Source: Candidatus Moraniibacteriota bacterium (lineage in GTDB: Bacteria; Patescibacteriota; Minisyncoccia; Moranbacterales; UBA1568). From it: DNA of 64,000 nt. A model generated the notes under the pieces. That model was not told the DNA's origin. It saw only the letters and a program-made list of their open reading frames with translations, and did not search any database. Shown here one piece after another: positions 27,819 through 37,797 of this stretch (positions are counted from its first letter, which is position 1; every line of letters starts with the position of its first letter). A program made the translations under genes and the position numbers. Location: positions 393,745-457,744 of the forward strand of contig JBAQEZ010000003.1 of NCBI GenBank assembly GCA_049287005.1, given 5' to 3'.

Positions 27819-27968
27819 CAGTGAACAAAGTGAACGTAGGAGAGGAGGAAGCCAACTGCTTGGCTTCCGAGAGAGATGAGAAAGGCGGAGTGATGTTTCG
27901 CGAGTACGCGAAACCGCGAGCCAGGGTCGTGGAAATTGTCGAGCGACGGCGAGGCAATTATCCCTGAC

Positions 27969-27986
27969 TGAATCTCCCTCTCCGCA
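27969..27986 (+). repeat. direct repeat of the tRNA-Ser(GCT) 3' end (att-like), ~150 nt downstream of the tRNA
   Basis: tgaatctccctctccgca here versus cgaatctctccctctccgca at 27801-27820. Confidence 0.6.
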
Positions 27987-28032
27987 CCAAAAAATACAGG
28001 GCCCCATTTAGGAGTCCTGTATTTTTTGGTGC
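27984..28032. repeat. 17-bp perfect inverted repeat gcaccaaaaaatacagg / cctgtattttttggtgc with a 15-nt loop
   Basis: Seen directly in the sequence. Could act as a bidirectional terminator or a recombination site. Confidence 0.6.
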
Positions 28033-28144
28033 GGCTTTGCCCGTTTTATGGCTCTTGTGATAGAATATATCCAGGAAAGAGACGGGAGGCTCTCTTTTCG
28101 CGTGTTGAATAGTAAACTTTAATTTTTTTTAAGGAGATACGGTT

Positions 28145-28912
28145 ATGGAGAACGAATTGCCTAAAACGGAGGTTGCAGCAACAGAAGCGGTAGGAGGAGA
28201 GAAACAGGAAGCGACAGTAGCGACGGAGCCAAGCGTAGTCGTAGCGATGGGAGAAACGAAAGGAGCCGTGGCAAAGAAAGTTTTTATGGCTCAAGTGAAC
28301 GCGTTGAAAGTATGCGTAGCAAAAATGAGCCAGACGACGAAAAGTTTTATTATTGTGTTCGCCGTGTTCGTTGTCGTGCTGGGGGTTGTGTATTATTACA
28401 AGGGTGTTTTTATCGCTGCCACCATCAATGGCAGTCCCGTGAGCAGACTGAGTGTCGTCAGGGAGCTGGAGAAGAAATCCGGCAAGGAGGTTTTGGATAC
28501 GATCATTACCAAGAAACTCATCGCGGATGAGGTAAAGAAAGCCGGCGTCGTGATCAAAAGTGAGGATATAGATGCGGACATGCAGAAAATAGAAGCCCAA
28601 GTGGTAGCGCAGGGCATGACGCTGGAGACGGCTTTGGCGGGACAGGGAATGACCGTGGACGATTTGCGCGAACAGATCAGGATAAACAAGGAACTGGAGC
28701 AGATTCTCGCGGACAAGCTCGTTGTGAGCGATGATGAGATCAACCAGTATTTGAGCGCCAATAAGACTCTGACACCGAAAGGCACCAACTCAGAGGACAT
28801 GAAGGCTCAAGTGCGGGAGCAGTTGAAAGGACAGAAATTCAACACGGAAGCGGCCAAATGGGTGAGTGACCTCAAGGCAAGTGCAAAAATCGATTATTTC
28901 ACTCAGTACTAG
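28145..28912 (+). CDS. membrane-anchored SurA N-terminal-domain-like chaperone protein (no PPIase domain)
   Basis: TM anchor followed by a helical domain resembling the SurA/PrsA N-terminal region. Family assignment is moderate. Confidence 0.5.
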   Translation: MENELPKTEVAATEAVGGEKQEATVATEPSVVVAMGETKGAVAKKVFMAQVNALKVCVAKMSQTTKSFIIVFAVFVVVLGVVYYYKGVFIAATINGSPVSRLSVVRELEKKSGKEVLDTIITKKLIADEVKKAGVVIKSEDIDADMQKIEAQVVAQGMTLETALAGQGMTVDDLREQIRINKELEQILADKLVVSDDEINQYLSANKTLTPKGTNSEDMKAQVREQLKGQKFNTEAAKWVSDLKASAKIDYFTQY

Positions 28913-28984
28913 CATTCAGTAGGCAATCGCCTTTCTGGGAAAAGAGTTACGCCATCAGTCGCGTAACTCTTTTTCGTCGGGTGT

Positions 28985-29665
28985 TCAGCGTGCTAAGACG
29001 ATACCGAAAACGTTTTTTGCGCCGGAATTTTTGAGAATACGGGCGCATTCCTCGAGCGTAGTACCGGTCGTGGCAACGTCATCGATGAGCCAGACGGATT
29101 TCCCTTGGATGAGGGAAATATTCTTGGGGGCAATGGCAAACGCACCGAGAAGATTGCTGAGGCGCTCTTCTCGGGTACGTGTTTTCATTTGCGGTTTGGT
29201 GTAGCGCGTGCGGATCAGGCAGTCGCTCGCGATTGTCAAATCTAGGCCAGGGATGAGAGCATCGATGCAGGCTTGCGCGAGCAACGCTGATTGATTGAAA
29301 CCGCGGAAACGGAGCCGTCTCGAGTGCAACGGTACGGGGATGCATATATCCGGCAGAGGTACGTCGGCCTCTCTCACTCTGTCTGCCAGCCAGCCGCCGA
29401 GCGGTGTCGCTAGGGCGGGGATGAAGTTGTATTTGAAAGTACGCAGGGCGGCGGAAACCAGCGGGGCGCGATACGTTGCCGCGGCGAAGAGGCCGTCGAG
29501 AGCTCGTATGTGCGCGCAATCAAAACATGTTTCGCCTCGCGGCGTCGTTTTCTTCAGGCACGTCGGGCACCGCTGCCGCTGCCGTCGCGGAAAGTGTTCC
29601 AGGCATTGCTGGCACAAGAATGCTTGCGGCGTGTCGCAGCCGATACAGCGGATGGGAAACAGCAT
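28985..29665 (-). CDS. comFC: ComF family protein (ComFC, phosphoribosyltransferase-type competence protein)
   Basis: N-terminal CxxC...CxxC zinc finger and a C-terminal PRTase motif LIDDVATTGTTL. An alternative start lies at 29734. Confidence 0.8.
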   Translation of the reverse strand: MLFPIRCIGCDTPQAFLCQQCLEHFPRRQRQRCPTCLKKTTPRGETCFDCAHIRALDGLFAAATYRAPLVSAALRTFKYNFIPALATPLGGWLADRVREADVPLPDICIPVPLHSRRLRFRGFNQSALLAQACIDALIPGLDLTIASDCLIRTRYTKPQMKTRTREERLSNLLGAFAIAPKNISLIQGKSVWLIDDVATTGTTLEECARILKNSGAKNVFGIVLAR

Positions 29666-29724
29666 GTCTGCGAGGCAGACGCTGATGTTTCTCAAGACGG
29701 GATAGTGGAAAAATGAGAGGCTGT

Positions 29725-32226
29725 TTACGCACACAAAACAGAGTCTTTTTTAAGAGAAAGGCGGAGAGATTTTTTCTCCGGAGCATCGAGGAGCCTCTCC
29801 GCGATACTTTTTTCAACCAGGTCCTGGATATTCTTTTTGACGAGCCGAGCGCCTTGTTCGGGCGTGAAGCTTTTTTTGGCGATATGCTTCACGAGGGCCA
29901 CGGGGTAGTGCAGCATGATATTTTGCTTTGCGAGTCTTTCTTTCAGTATCTCGAGCTCGAGCCGGGCGATGTTTTCGATCGCTTCTTCCGTGAGAGCGTT
30001 GAAGACGATCGTGTGATCGAGCCGGGCGAGGAGTTCCGGACGCATTTCTTTCTTCAGTTCATTCAACACTTCGCGTTTGATAACCTCGTATTGGTCATGG
30101 AGGTCGGACGCGCCGATATTTTTGGAGAAACCGATACGGGCCGTCTGAGTGAAGGAGGCTGTGCCGATATTGGAAGTGAGGATAACCAGAGCGTTACGGA
30201 AACTGACTTTGCGTCCTTCGGCATCCGTCAGTACGCCTTCGTCGAGAATCTGCAGGAGAATATTGAAGATATCAGGATGTGCCTTCTCGATTTCATCAAA
30301 CAGGATGACGGAGTATGGTTTGCGCCGTACCTGTTCGGTCAATTTTCCTCCTTCGCCGTAGCCGACATAGCCCGCCGGGGCACCCAGAATCTGAGCCACG
30401 CTGTGGCGCTCCATGAATTCGCTCATATCTAGACGAATGAGGGCGCTCGGGTCGCCGAAAAATTCCGTGGCCAGGATTTTGGCAGCCAGCGTCTTGCCGA
30501 CGCCGGTGGGGCCGAGAAACAAGAAAGAGCCAAGGGGGCGATTTGGGTCGCTGATATTCGAGAGCGAACGGGTCAGCGTTTGTTCGAGGGCCGTGCTCGC
30601 TTCCTTCTGTCCGATGAGCAAGCGTTCGAGAGCCGCATGCAGATTGGACAGTTTTTGGCGAGGATTTTCTTTGGAGAGTTTCGTATATGGGACGTGTGCC
30701 ATTTGAGCTACGGTTTTCAGGATGTGTTCCAGCGTGACAACGATACGTTCGCTCTCCGGATATTTCTGTTGCTTTGCTCTGAGAGCCGCGATTTTCTGGT
30801 TGAGAATTTTTTCTCGGGCGTGCCATTTGGAGGCATCGTCATATTTCTCGGTACTGATGAGAGATTCTTTGAGCTCCTGCGTGGTATGGAGCTCCTCTTC
30901 GAGTTCTCGGAGCATCTTTGTCGCTTCGGGAATCTCTCTTTTTTGTTTGGCAAGCGCGGAAGCTTCATCGATGATATCGAGCGCCTTGTCCGGCAAGAAA
31001 CGGTCGGGGATATACCGCACGCTCAAGTCAACGGCCGTATCGATGGCTTCTTGGGAAAGAGCGATGTGATGGAAGTCTTCGTAGCTCTTTTTGATGTGCC
31101 ACAGGATTTCCTTGGTTTCCTCTAGGGTCGGCTCTGCGACGAGAACAGACTGGAAACGTCGCTCGAGAGCCGGATCTTTTTCAAAGTGGCGTTTGTATTC
31201 GGAAAATGTCGTGGCTCCGATGCACTGGATCTCGCCACGGGAGAGAGCCGGCTTGAGGATGTTGGCCGCGTCGAGCCCTCCGCTGGTATTGCCGGCACCC
31301 ACGATCGTGTGAATCTCATCGATGAACAGGATAATATCGCGATTTTGGGTCGCTTCACGGATGATTTCTTTGAGACGCGCCTCGAATTCTCCGCGGAAGT
31401 TGGTACCGGCGACGACCAGGGCGAGATCAAGCGAGAGAATGCGTTTCCCGTGGAGCGTGTGCGGCACCGCATCGCGGGCAATCATTTTGGCGAGAGCGGC
31501 GATGAGGGCTGTCTTTCCGACGCCAGGCTCACCGATGAGCAGCGGATTATTTTTTTGTTTGCGAGTGAGAATCTGGATGATACGGTCGAGCTCTTGGTGT
31601 CTCCCGATAAGCGTTTCGGCCGCATAGGTTGCCCCTCGCGCCATATCGATGGTGTATTGGTTCAGAAAAGGCGTTGTATTGCCTTTGGGAGCGTGGCTCT
31701 TGGTCAGGAGGTTTTCTGGCAGATCCAGCATTTTTGACAGCTGAGGAAAATGATCAAGGCTTAAATGCGATTCCAGCGTTGTCTGTATCTTGCCCTCGCT
31801 GATTTTGAGCGCTATGAATATTTTTGCGAGAGCGGGGCTTTCCGCTTCGAAGAGAGCGTATATCAAATGCTCTGTACCGACATAGGGGTACTGGAACTGA
31901 TTGGCGAGAGCATAGGCGCGGCGGAGCACATCTTTCAATACCGGAGAAAGCGGAATGATAGCGGCCGCGGGCAGCGTTTTGCCGTTCACTTTTTTCTTGA
32001 GACACCATTTCGCGAGGGGTTCTTTTTTGAATCCGATGTTTTCGAGGAGGATGCTGCCCAAGCTGGTATTTTCGAGGAAAATAGCCATGAGCAAATGCTC
32101 CGGCTCAATGGCCTTATGGCGGGTATAGCGAGCGATGTCCCGAGCTTCTTTCAGGCTGTGTCTCGCGTGCAACGTCAATTTTTGGCTGAAGTTCGTTTCA
32201 AGCATATATATTGTATAGGGTACCAT
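29725..32226 (-). CDS. clpC: ATP-dependent Clp protease ATP-binding subunit (ClpC-like, double AAA+)
   Basis: Clp_N repeats, two Walker A motifs (GEPGVGKT and GPTGVGKT), sensor motifs. No long M-domain. Confidence 0.85.
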   Translation of the reverse strand: MVPYTIYMLETNFSQKLTLHARHSLKEARDIARYTRHKAIEPEHLLMAIFLENTSLGSILLENIGFKKEPLAKWCLKKKVNGKTLPAAAIIPLSPVLKDVLRRAYALANQFQYPYVGTEHLIYALFEAESPALAKIFIALKISEGKIQTTLESHLSLDHFPQLSKMLDLPENLLTKSHAPKGNTTPFLNQYTIDMARGATYAAETLIGRHQELDRIIQILTRKQKNNPLLIGEPGVGKTALIAALAKMIARDAVPHTLHGKRILSLDLALVVAGTNFRGEFEARLKEIIREATQNRDIILFIDEIHTIVGAGNTSGGLDAANILKPALSRGEIQCIGATTFSEYKRHFEKDPALERRFQSVLVAEPTLEETKEILWHIKKSYEDFHHIALSQEAIDTAVDLSVRYIPDRFLPDKALDIIDEASALAKQKREIPEATKMLRELEEELHTTQELKESLISTEKYDDASKWHAREKILNQKIAALRAKQQKYPESERIVVTLEHILKTVAQMAHVPYTKLSKENPRQKLSNLHAALERLLIGQKEASTALEQTLTRSLSNISDPNRPLGSFLFLGPTGVGKTLAAKILATEFFGDPSALIRLDMSEFMERHSVAQILGAPAGYVGYGEGGKLTEQVRRKPYSVILFDEIEKAHPDIFNILLQILDEGVLTDAEGRKVSFRNALVILTSNIGTASFTQTARIGFSKNIGASDLHDQYEVIKREVLNELKKEMRPELLARLDHTIVFNALTEEAIENIARLELEILKERLAKQNIMLHYPVALVKHIAKKSFTPEQGARLVKKNIQDLVEKSIAERLLDAPEKKSLRLSLKKDSVLCA

Positions 32227-32383
32227 GTATTCTATTTTTTATATCGAAGAATGTCAATACGAAATGAGCGCCAACGCGCTTTTTGCGCGCTGAGCGTATC
32301 GGTAAATATTGTTTGGAAAATATATAAAGTATGCTATAGTCGAAGTATAAAGAGGGGCAGTATACGATAAATACAAAAAGAGT

Positions 32384-33511
32384 ATGGTATTTGGTTTTGG
32401 GAAACCGCATTTTCTCGGTATAGATTTCGGTACGTCTTCCATCAAAGCGGTGGAGCTTTCTATTGAAGACAATCGACCCGTACTGATAAATTATGGGCGG
32501 GTGATCTTGGAAGACGTGAAGCGCAGGAAGGAATTGGAGGCAGGCGGATCCCATGACGATGAGATCGTGTTATATCTGCGGGAGCTTCTGAAAAGCATGA
32601 AGCCGAAGAGCGATTCTGCTTATGTATCGATGCCTGCTTTTACCGGACTTATTTCGCTGGTAGAATTTCCTCTTATGGAGGAATCGGAACTGCAAGATGC
32701 CGCTCGTTTTGAGGCACATAAATACATTCCATCTTCATTGGACGAGATCGCTCTCAGCTGGGAAGTAGTGAATGTTCATGATACTCCAGGCGATGGACAG
32801 AAGATGGAGGTGCTGCTGGTGGCAGCGCTCAATAAGGAAGTGGCGCGGTACGAAAAGCTGGTTACCGACGGAGGATTGGCGCTCAATTTTCTCGAATTGG
32901 AAACGTTCTCCTTGGCTCGCTCCTTGGTAGGGGATGAGCGAGGACTTTTTTTGATTATCGATATCGGTTCACGAGCGACCAATCTCATACTGATTGATGA
33001 TGGAGCAGTCAGGGTCAGTCGCAATATGGACGATGGAGGAACCGATATCACGCGTGTGCTGGCCGAGAGCCTGGGTATTACACGCGAGCGCGCGAAGCTA
33101 CTGAAGAAAAGCGGAAAAGATTTTCTGTCGTCTCCAGAGTCAGCGCTTTCTTTTCCATCGCTGCAAGCGATCGCGGGCGAAGCCGGCAGGATGCTTGCCT
33201 CTTACCAAGTGCGACATCCTGGTGTACAATGTAAGAGCGTACTGCTCTCGGGAGGTGTCGCGCAATTCACTGGATTGACAGCCTACTATTCGAATATTCT
33301 GAAAGTGCCGGTGACCATCGGAGATCCTTGGAAAAATGTGCAGCATGACCCGATGCTGACACCCACGATTGGAGAACTAGGGACATCTTTTTCTGTCGCT
33401 GTCGGACTCGCGCTTTGCGGTACGGATATGACGCTCAAGAAAAAACAAGCGTTGACAAAAAAAACAAAAAAAGATTTTTCCTTAAAAGAATTCTTGACCA
33501 AACCATTGTAG
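32384..33511 (+). CDS. pilM: type IV pilus assembly protein PilM
   Basis: Actin-like ATPase fold with N-terminal LGIDFGTSSIKAVEL. First gene of the pilMNO block. Confidence 0.85.
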   Translation: MVFGFGKPHFLGIDFGTSSIKAVELSIEDNRPVLINYGRVILEDVKRRKELEAGGSHDDEIVLYLRELLKSMKPKSDSAYVSMPAFTGLISLVEFPLMEESELQDAARFEAHKYIPSSLDEIALSWEVVNVHDTPGDGQKMEVLLVAALNKEVARYEKLVTDGGLALNFLELETFSLARSLVGDERGLFLIIDIGSRATNLILIDDGAVRVSRNMDDGGTDITRVLAESLGITRERAKLLKKSGKDFLSSPESALSFPSLQAIAGEAGRMLASYQVRHPGVQCKSVLLSGGVAQFTGLTAYYSNILKVPVTIGDPWKNVQHDPMLTPTIGELGTSFSVAVGLALCGTDMTLKKKQALTKKTKKDFSLKEFLTKPL

Positions 33512-33541
33512 GCAGCGCTATAAAAATTAAAACATAAAAAA

Positions 33542-34066
33542 ATGACTGGGATGAATCTTTCTTCGTCAACACTGGGGAAAAAACACATAGAGTCAGGGAT
33601 TTTGAGCGGATCCAGTGTCGTAGTGTTCCTCTTCGTCTTGTTGCTGGCTCTGTGGGGCAGCATGCAGTGGTACCTGAAGACGCTTGATGAGCAGCGGGCA
33701 GAAAAACAGGCGGCGCTGGAAGTGAATGCTTCACAGCTCAACGGAGACAGCGTTGACCGCGTGGCATCTTTGGATGCCCGTTTGACGCTGATCAAAAAGC
33801 AGATCAACGAGAATACTGTCGATATGACGAAACTGCTGAATCAACTCGAAAACGTGGTGCTTCCGAGTGTTCGGCTGACGAAATACGAATTTAACCAAAA
33901 GGATAAATCCGTGCTGGTGGACGGAGAAACGGATAATTTCAAGTATGTGGCGCAACAAATAATCAGTTTCAAATCGGAAGCTCTCTTTGCCGGAATCAAG
34001 GTACAGGCCATTACACGTACTCTAGAAGGACGTATCGCATTTTCTCTGAAAGCAGAGTTCAATTAA
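33542..34066 (+). CDS. pilN: type IV pilus assembly protein PilN
   Basis: Single TM plus coiled-coil plus a C-terminal domain. Position after pilM. Confidence 0.6.
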   Translation: MTGMNLSSSTLGKKHIESGILSGSSVVVFLFVLLLALWGSMQWYLKTLDEQRAEKQAALEVNASQLNGDSVDRVASLDARLTLIKKQINENTVDMTKLLNQLENVVLPSVRLTKYEFNQKDKSVLVDGETDNFKYVAQQIISFKSEALFAGIKVQAITRTLEGRIAFSLKAEFN

Positions 34067-34092
34067 TCCCTAATTTTTTTCTTTCAATCGTT

Positions 34093-34830
34093 ATGCGACT
34101 TAAAATACTCATAGTCCCTTTCTTTTTGGTCATGGCACTTATTTTGAGCATCGGATATATCAAGCCGGATTTTGACGCGATACTGGCAAAAAAAGCGGAG
34201 ATTGCCGCCCAGGATGAGATGTTGGCAAATGTGGATTCTGTCTTGAACAATATTCGTACCCTGAACAGCTCTCTCGACAGAGACGCGGCAGCGGAAAATT
34301 TTGTATTGCGCTATCTGCCCTATACTCTCAATCAGGATCAGACTATTGATGCTTTCAATTATCTGGCCGCGCAGTCCGGACTCATTATTACGGGCATGGA
34401 TCTCAAGCAACCGCCAGTGCTTGTCAGCGTTGAGGTCGCTGCGAATGGAAGTCCGTTAGCGGCTGGAGCACCCGAGGCGCAAACCTTTGTCTTTACGGGG
34501 AACGTGACCGGATCGTATGAAAATATCAAAGCGTTTTTTGATCGTCTGGCTCACGTGGATCGCTTTCAAAAGATCCAGTCGTTTTCTCTCCAAAAGAACG
34601 AGGAAACAGTCGCGGCTACAAAAGAATCGGGAAACACAGCAGACCTCAAGGGAACCTTTGTGACCGCGTATGGCTATCTTCCCAAGAAGCCGGTAGCTTC
34701 AGCGCTGCATGTACCTGTTTTTCTTAGTCCCGAGTTACATTTTTCAGACATAGCGGCGCTTCAGGCACAAATAACGAATCTTTCAACTCTCGAAAAAGGT
34801 CCGGCCGGCAAGCCGAATCCTTTTCAATAA
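34093..34830 (+). CDS. pilO: type IV pilus assembly protein PilO
   Basis: Single TM plus coiled-coil. Position within the pilMNO block. Confidence 0.55.
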   Translation: MRLKILIVPFFLVMALILSIGYIKPDFDAILAKKAEIAAQDEMLANVDSVLNNIRTLNSSLDRDAAAENFVLRYLPYTLNQDQTIDAFNYLAAQSGLIITGMDLKQPPVLVSVEVAANGSPLAAGAPEAQTFVFTGNVTGSYENIKAFFDRLAHVDRFQKIQSFSLQKNEETVAATKESGNTADLKGTFVTAYGYLPKKPVASALHVPVFLSPELHFSDIAALQAQITNLSTLEKGPAGKPNPFQ

Positions 34831-34903
34831 ACAGGCGAGGGATTAGCATGATCGGAGGGTCATCGCAGAGACAAGTGGGGAGTGAAAAGATCTGCGGCAT
34901 TTT

Positions 34904-36625
34904 TTGTTGAGTAAAATTAATTCGAAAGTGTTCCACTTCAGTATGCCGGAAGCCGTATCACAACCGACAAAAACCAAGGGAAGCGCAGCTGACGATCAGT
35001 CGGCTCTCATGGAACAAGCCAAGACGCTTGGCATACCGCTCCTTCTTGACGTGCCCCAAAAGATAGACAAATCAGTCCTCGCGATTATACCTGAAGATAC
35101 GGCCAAGAAATATGAAATGGTGTCATTCCGCAAAGAAAAAGACACTCTTTTCGTCGCCATGTTGCATCCAGAGGAGTATGAGGCGCTGAATGTGCTCCGT
35201 TTTTTGGCGGAGAAGGAGCACTTGAACATCGAGATATCTCTCGTGTCGAAGAAGGTTTTATCTGAAATAGCCAAACATTATACTGGGACAGATCTCGCTC
35301 TCAAAGAAGCTATCGTGTCGATGAAGAAGGGCGCTGGCGAAAAGATAGCCGAGTCCAATCTAGAAAAGAAAAAAGATCAGGACGCGGAGCTGTTCCAAGA
35401 CGCGCCTATCGCCAAGCTGGTAGAGGTGATTGTCAAGCATGCTCTTGATGGACGCGCGAGCGATATCCATATCGAGCCGATCGAGGGGAGTTTCCGCGTA
35501 CGTTTCCGTATCGATGGCATCCTGCGTTCCCAGCTCGTTTTTCCGATCGAAATAGGCCGAGCGGTTATTTCACGTATCAAGATCTTGGCGAATCTGAAAA
35601 TTGATGAGAAACGGAAACCGCAAGATGGTCGTTTCCGTTTTGAGGGCGGAGAGGGGAACGCTGTGGATTTGCGCGTTTCGAGCTTGCCGGTGATTGATGG
35701 AGAAAAAATCGTTATGCGCGTGCTCGATAAGAGCGCGAATTCGACGGATGTCGAACAACTGGGATTGTGGGGGAGGAATCGTACCGTGCTGGAGCAGCGT
35801 ATCCGAGAACCGTTCGGCATCATCCTGATGACAGGGCCGACGGGATCAGGGAAAACAACCACGCTCTACGCGTTTCTGCAGATTTTGAACAAAGAAGAGC
35901 GGAACATCGTGACACTGGAAGATCCGGTGGAATATTATGTCGAAGGTATCAACCAGAGTCAGATCAAACCTGAGATCGGCTACACCTTTTCCAGCGGGCT
36001 GCGCTCGATTCTCCGTCAAGACCCGAACGTGATTATGGTCGGTGAAATTCGCGATACTGAAACGGCAGAACTCGCTATCCATGCGGCCCTGACCGGCCAT
36101 TTGGTTTTTTCGACGTTGCACACCAACGATGCCGTCGGCGTCATTCCGCGCTTGGTAGATATGGGTTTGGAGCCATTTTTGCTGGCATCGGCGCTCCAAG
36201 TAGTGGCGGCGCAGCGTCTCGTGAGACGTATTTGCGACCATTGTCGCGAAGAATCTGCTCTGACCGCACTCCAAAAAAGCCGTATCCAGACATTATTTGA
36301 CACTATCCTCCCTGAGGAAATAACAGCGTATGGGCTCGATCCACAACAGAAAATGATTTTTTTCAAGGGTAAGGGTTGTGACAAGTGCGGTCAGTCCGGT
36401 TATACGGGACGGGTCGCTATTTACGAAGTCATCGAGGTGGATGATGAGCTGCGCGCCATTATTTCCGATAAGAAGGGCAATGAAGGAGACGTAAAAAAGG
36501 CGGCGGTGGCACAGGGAATGACGAGTATGAAACAGGGTGGCATCCTGGTGGCGCTCAAAGGCATAACCTCACTAGCGGAGGTCGAGCGTGTGACGGCAGG
36601 AAAAATTCTCGTCGATGAGGAGTAA
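34904..36625 (+). CDS. pilB: type IV pilus assembly ATPase PilB (GspE family)
   Basis: N1 domain, Walker A GPTGSGKTT, Asp box, His box, and the tetracysteine motif CDHC...CDKCG. Confidence 0.9.
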   Translation: MLSKINSKVFHFSMPEAVSQPTKTKGSAADDQSALMEQAKTLGIPLLLDVPQKIDKSVLAIIPEDTAKKYEMVSFRKEKDTLFVAMLHPEEYEALNVLRFLAEKEHLNIEISLVSKKVLSEIAKHYTGTDLALKEAIVSMKKGAGEKIAESNLEKKKDQDAELFQDAPIAKLVEVIVKHALDGRASDIHIEPIEGSFRVRFRIDGILRSQLVFPIEIGRAVISRIKILANLKIDEKRKPQDGRFRFEGGEGNAVDLRVSSLPVIDGEKIVMRVLDKSANSTDVEQLGLWGRNRTVLEQRIREPFGIILMTGPTGSGKTTTLYAFLQILNKEERNIVTLEDPVEYYVEGINQSQIKPEIGYTFSSGLRSILRQDPNVIMVGEIRDTETAELAIHAALTGHLVFSTLHTNDAVGVIPRLVDMGLEPFLLASALQVVAAQRLVRRICDHCREESALTALQKSRIQTLFDTILPEEITAYGLDPQQKMIFFKGKGCDKCGQSGYTGRVAIYEVIEVDDELRAIISDKKGNEGDVKKAAVAQGMTSMKQGGILVALKGITSLAEVERVTAGKILVDEE

Positions 36626-36683
36626 CGAGTGTCGTTTTGTGATATACTAAAAGCGCTACGGGTAAACAAAGAAAAAAAGAAAA

Positions 36684-37763
36684 ATGGAAACATTACATAC
36701 GGAACAACGGTTGAAGAATCTTTTGCTCTTGATGGGGCAGCAAGGAGCTTCCGATTTGCATTTGGTGGTCGGACGGTATCCGACATTTCGTATCGATGGG
36801 AAGCTGCGTCCTATCACGGAAGAAAAGATTCTGACACCCGCTGATACGAAGGCTCTGAGCGATGTTTTGCTCACGGAAGAGAAGAAGGAGGAGCTGATCG
36901 GGATCGGGCAGACCGATTTTTCGTACAGTCTCGAGGACAAAATGCGTTTTCGCATCAATGTTTTTTTGCAGAAGGGTTATGTGAGCGTTACGCTGCGCTT
37001 CGTGATGGATCGTTTGCGCAATTTGGAAGAGCTGAATGTTCCGAATTCTCTCTATGATTTTACAAATTATTCCCAGGGTCTGGTGCTGATTACTGGTCCC
37101 GTCGGGCACGGCAAGTCGACGACATTGGCTGCGATAATAGATTATATCAATCATCACCAAGAAAAACATATCGTTACTATCGAGGATCCGATCGAATTTG
37201 TTTACAATCAGGATAACTGTATCATCAATCAGCGTGAAATCGGGCGTGATGCGAAGAATTTCCCGGATGCTTTGCGGGCGGTATTTCGCGAGGATGCGAA
37301 TGTCGTGTTGCTCGGCGAGTTGCGCGATTTGGAAACCATCAGTACGGCCATGACGGCGGCAGAGACCGGACATCTCATTTTTGCGACACTTCATACCAAT
37401 GATAGCGCGCAGACCATTGATCGTATCATCGATGTGTTTCCGTCTCATCAGCAGAATCAGGTTCGTTCTCAGCTCGCGAGCGTGCTTTTGGGAGTCGTTT
37501 CGCAGCGGTTGCTTCCGCGCGTCGGTGGCGGACGTATTCCGGCAGTAGAAATCATGTTCAAGAACCATGCGGTGGAGAATCTGATCCGCGAAAACAAGAT
37601 TCATCAGTTGAATTCCGTTATCGAAACCGGACTGAAAGAAGGGATGGTATCTTTGGATCGGGTTTTGGCTGACTTGGTGCGCCGAGGCCTTATTTCTGTG
37701 AATGACGCCTTTGTTTTCGCCAAAAATCGTGAGTATTTGCAGATGCTGATGGGCAAGGAATAA
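36684..37763 (+). CDS. pilT: type IV pilus retraction ATPase PilT
   Basis: Walker A GPVGHGKST and the PilT signature AIRAVFREDANVVLLGELRD. Confidence 0.9.
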   Translation: METLHTEQRLKNLLLLMGQQGASDLHLVVGRYPTFRIDGKLRPITEEKILTPADTKALSDVLLTEEKKEELIGIGQTDFSYSLEDKMRFRINVFLQKGYVSVTLRFVMDRLRNLEELNVPNSLYDFTNYSQGLVLITGPVGHGKSTTLAAIIDYINHHQEKHIVTIEDPIEFVYNQDNCIINQREIGRDAKNFPDALRAVFREDANVVLLGELRDLETISTAMTAAETGHLIFATLHTNDSAQTIDRIIDVFPSHQQNQVRSQLASVLLGVVSQRLLPRVGGGRIPAVEIMFKNHAVENLIRENKIHQLNSVIETGLKEGMVSLDRVLADLVRRGLISVNDAFVFAKNREYLQMLMGKE

Positions 37764-37797
37764 GCAGGTTTTTGTTAAAAAGCTAACAGCGCGTAGT

